A stretch of 27,858 nt of DNA, from contig CAZKIC010000001.1 in assembly GCA_964552785.1 (NCBI GenBank), forward strand, positions 1-27,858, read 5' to 3'. Position 1 is the stretch's first letter, and each line of letters begins with the position of its first letter. This document shows positions 27,601 through 27,858 of this stretch, piece after piece. Source of the stretch: an uncultured archaeon (lineage in GTDB: Archaea > EX4484-52 > CAZKIC01). Both the position numbers and the translations under genes were made by a program. A model generated the notes under the pieces. It was not told where the DNA came from, made no database searches, and saw only the letters and a program-made list of their open reading frames with translations.

Positions 27601-27858
27601 TGAACTTAAAGTTGTGGTGTTCTTATTATACTGTGTATGCTCAAAATCAATAGTGTAATTCTCCCCGCTCCTAACATAAATACTAAATGTTCCGTCCGAA
27701 AGAGTTGTTGTTGAATACTCTGTATTGCTTCCTGTCTTGAATTTGACAGAAACATTCTCTAGAGGAATTTTTGAAACCTTGTTGTCAAGATAGTAATCCA
27801 CAACAGTTCCGTTTACCAGAGATTCTCCCCTCAAATAAATTATTCCTGTGTAATTCCC
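21598..27858 (-). CDS. Giant membrane-anchored surface protein with repeated carboxypeptidase-regulatory/Ig-like beta domains, 5' end outside window (>2086 aa)
   Basis: Frame stays open upstream of TTG 27834 to the edge (GNYTGIIYLRGE). Repeated (L/M)xGxxx(I/V)xGx(V/L)x(D/E)...A(T/S)(V/I)...TDxNGxF/Y units, many N-x-S/T sequons, Gly/Ser linker, TM helix at ~21919-21990, C-terminal CxxC-x8-CxxC. Confidence 0.88.
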   Translation of the reverse strand, partial: GNYTGIIYLRGESLVNGTVVDYYLDNKVSKIPLENVSVKFKTGSNTEYSTTTLSDGTFSIYVRSGENYTIDFEHTQYNKNTTTLSSTSGTNDIGDILMKGKATIDGNLKEFVKAGVTKIGAVQIRNASVVVRDVTNDNIYITSTDSNGDYSIAIPSGVEYNLNFSKAGYIPRVYDNGGVNYTSTIGHNTLNGELYGSTRVFINIIDEYNLDRLADVDVDLKSYGSNTTLYSFKTNSSGSFDLNVSLTSGYYLSMSKSGYQNNVTTNYSKDYNLVNFDIKMRGSTYIYGYVIDKKTYHFIEDATVQVLSLSSDDVLYSQVTQNGNFSMYIDGTLTFRVQAKRDGYQTVVKDNSMNGYNSDHGFTGDDAFYLEAMFHTHVNDSLNGWPIKNALVQIFQYNESAQSNGNYVLSYKLNETKLNVTVNCSGYSGPNIYVNYTLSSCSSAQAYENICNFSANISSGESALFVRTPTGTYNYVINGSQGGCVTDSGTYSGIVAGTTNYRVFNLPAITFTVHTTANGGNAQGVNVTLWNGPVGSTIATTALGTLMTGLTDVNGNINWSNVIPGSYNLTANHSSYENRTMVVVIGETDSSPTQSIQMDDTSSPTYTNYGDNSSGAVDEGEIVLIYSYWTDTHLENATLYTNKTGSYTAENTVTSMNAPSDWANFTFNTQGYEGKDIGFYVIGRDTYGNTNQTNTRVFHVNDITTPNYTNVYPANESTVTGSTVLLAVTATEQVNLSITYYNGTSYNAANSSFSTNISLELTLQSGSYRWNFTICDREGNCNVSSEFYNFTFDEGGMIIEVKDTDNLYVEDGVNVTISNSSFSQSKNTVNGKVSFSGLQDGSYNVVVNGSSVGYGINNSESCSHSSPTQTCLITVNITYLWVNVTNATFEAIQNANVTVYTGIMGASSVVTNASGDPLTGLTNSNGMIMFRAVPSGTYNVTVNATNAIGIKTNSINYTAFNVQAGQNNSVWLDPPSYPSYNVYIHLTNYTGSSLGGNITVVATAYDIYSEVMFIGDTRTINGKILSVTGINQTSANISVGSDTEFVDLGDTKEIGNSGIFVTIADLQYFDDSGSRFVSLSAYTNESSSYTNLTNSTGWVVFENLPSAFYHFSVKGGEMGYANYLDGRAIGYIIVGEDYTDSNGDAFIRVNGLSNYYVSIFAEGYSSYDSYDDSLYFNGTHYDNYNQNTRGVYGSFKVSLTGTAVVSGHVYDKYFVTTGDPRYNVSYATIKLKHNGDTRYSVTTDANGTFYFNVSPYSQDSVVGSPTTITYNIEVSKQGYLDTVETTTLSEGEIHKVRGGEVPMTGSGTFSGNLYNIMTNQLLDSSLYPGTVSTVDDNLNTMYKGSHNNGQFNIIINPYYQPYNVSIAVVNFEEMSDNSSFSGTTSKDYYLYPKGWGYKTIRFVDENGNYVEGVNVLIDNGVDYDVNLTLSSPSVVSEFFRDLTYDVTVIGGNKGYDNFTTTYTISPGENTTENIIINTTRLNITLIDQLNQYVDGISLSINGPVSRTNTTQNGSVLFSILPLGDYNITFNNLPEYLGASSSNVSIINAGEITLKTIYVNDTKYLVNITNATGNDIEGVNVSLNNVYNVTDPGVLFTHVIPGNYILWINNSNITRQGYLPIVNTTELNITVVRGRDQTNGNNKTFVVNSSEGLGIFEIHISNGISGATAILRNETNHTINSSSYYDYSSNNIYLVYNISVYPNNVSIKVDKSGQNSFITGMYALSSKEVEYIEVDWPAGTSSGCSNCGGGSSSSRSTGGSTGGMSSSTSGIVTAPLLTYSSLRILDNTVYLSKGACSDYYVSVENDGTETLNNLKIMDSQFPEFNIRGLDSIDSLSPGETGTLRMNVCPKELFIETVYDVGVRIQSDEKTFTELFVFELDNSEYDSLMSRYTSLNSILTSMDYEALPDYKRLFYDDAKRVLGEAYNAIENGNYELSRQKLNDANALIAKIQEEEIQQGLAWYWYLLFIVLLAVVVASFFMYRSKISSNGYPIKPTVSGASPAFVGARQELPKMQKQGPLDSIKSRLSQTVEALEEKVEKDYAYFANKVSDDSYVSDIVKVIEGVPLRCTKCGSRILEGTCSGCGANF

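Noticed and set aside
1-27858. Short antisense or overlapping ORFs in the track (e.g. 21-236, 428-667, 6768-7226, 10745-11101, 18645-19034, 19690-20073, 22499-22777)
   Set aside because: They lie opposite or within well-supported genes; their Phe/Ser/Leu/Ile-rich composition is the expected shadow of Lys/Glu-rich coding strands.

Overview
AT-rich, gene-dense archaeal window. Archaeal TATA boxes, GGTGA/GGAG ribosome-binding sites, archease, archaeal-type Adk/Cmk, XPD and a COG1340-like coiled-coil protein support this; a DPANN-type lineage is an inference. Left end (1-4826, minus strand): a coupled accessory operon encoding a CDC48-like double-AAA ATPase interrupted by one in-frame TGA, an unknown 281-aa protein, a radical SAM enzyme and a >576-aa helical-repeat protein that runs off the window and is missing from the ORF track. 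Middle: membrane protein, archease, half-size MFS transporter, MpgP-like HAD phosphatase plus GH15-like hydrolase, Cas4/AddB-like Fe-S nuclease, ThiF/E1-like enzyme, cysS, a short-armed SMC, RecJ-like DHH protein, cmk, adk and XPD. Right end: a 5'-truncated >2086-aa surface protein with a C-terminal TM helix and zinc-ribbon tail. The most striking non-coding signal is an identical promoter architecture, TATCGGCA-N16-TATATAAA, upstream of the nuclease, smc and xpd, suggesting a DNA-maintenance regulon. No tRNA, rRNA, CRISPR array, integrase or transposase was seen. All family calls come from motif recognition, not database searches.
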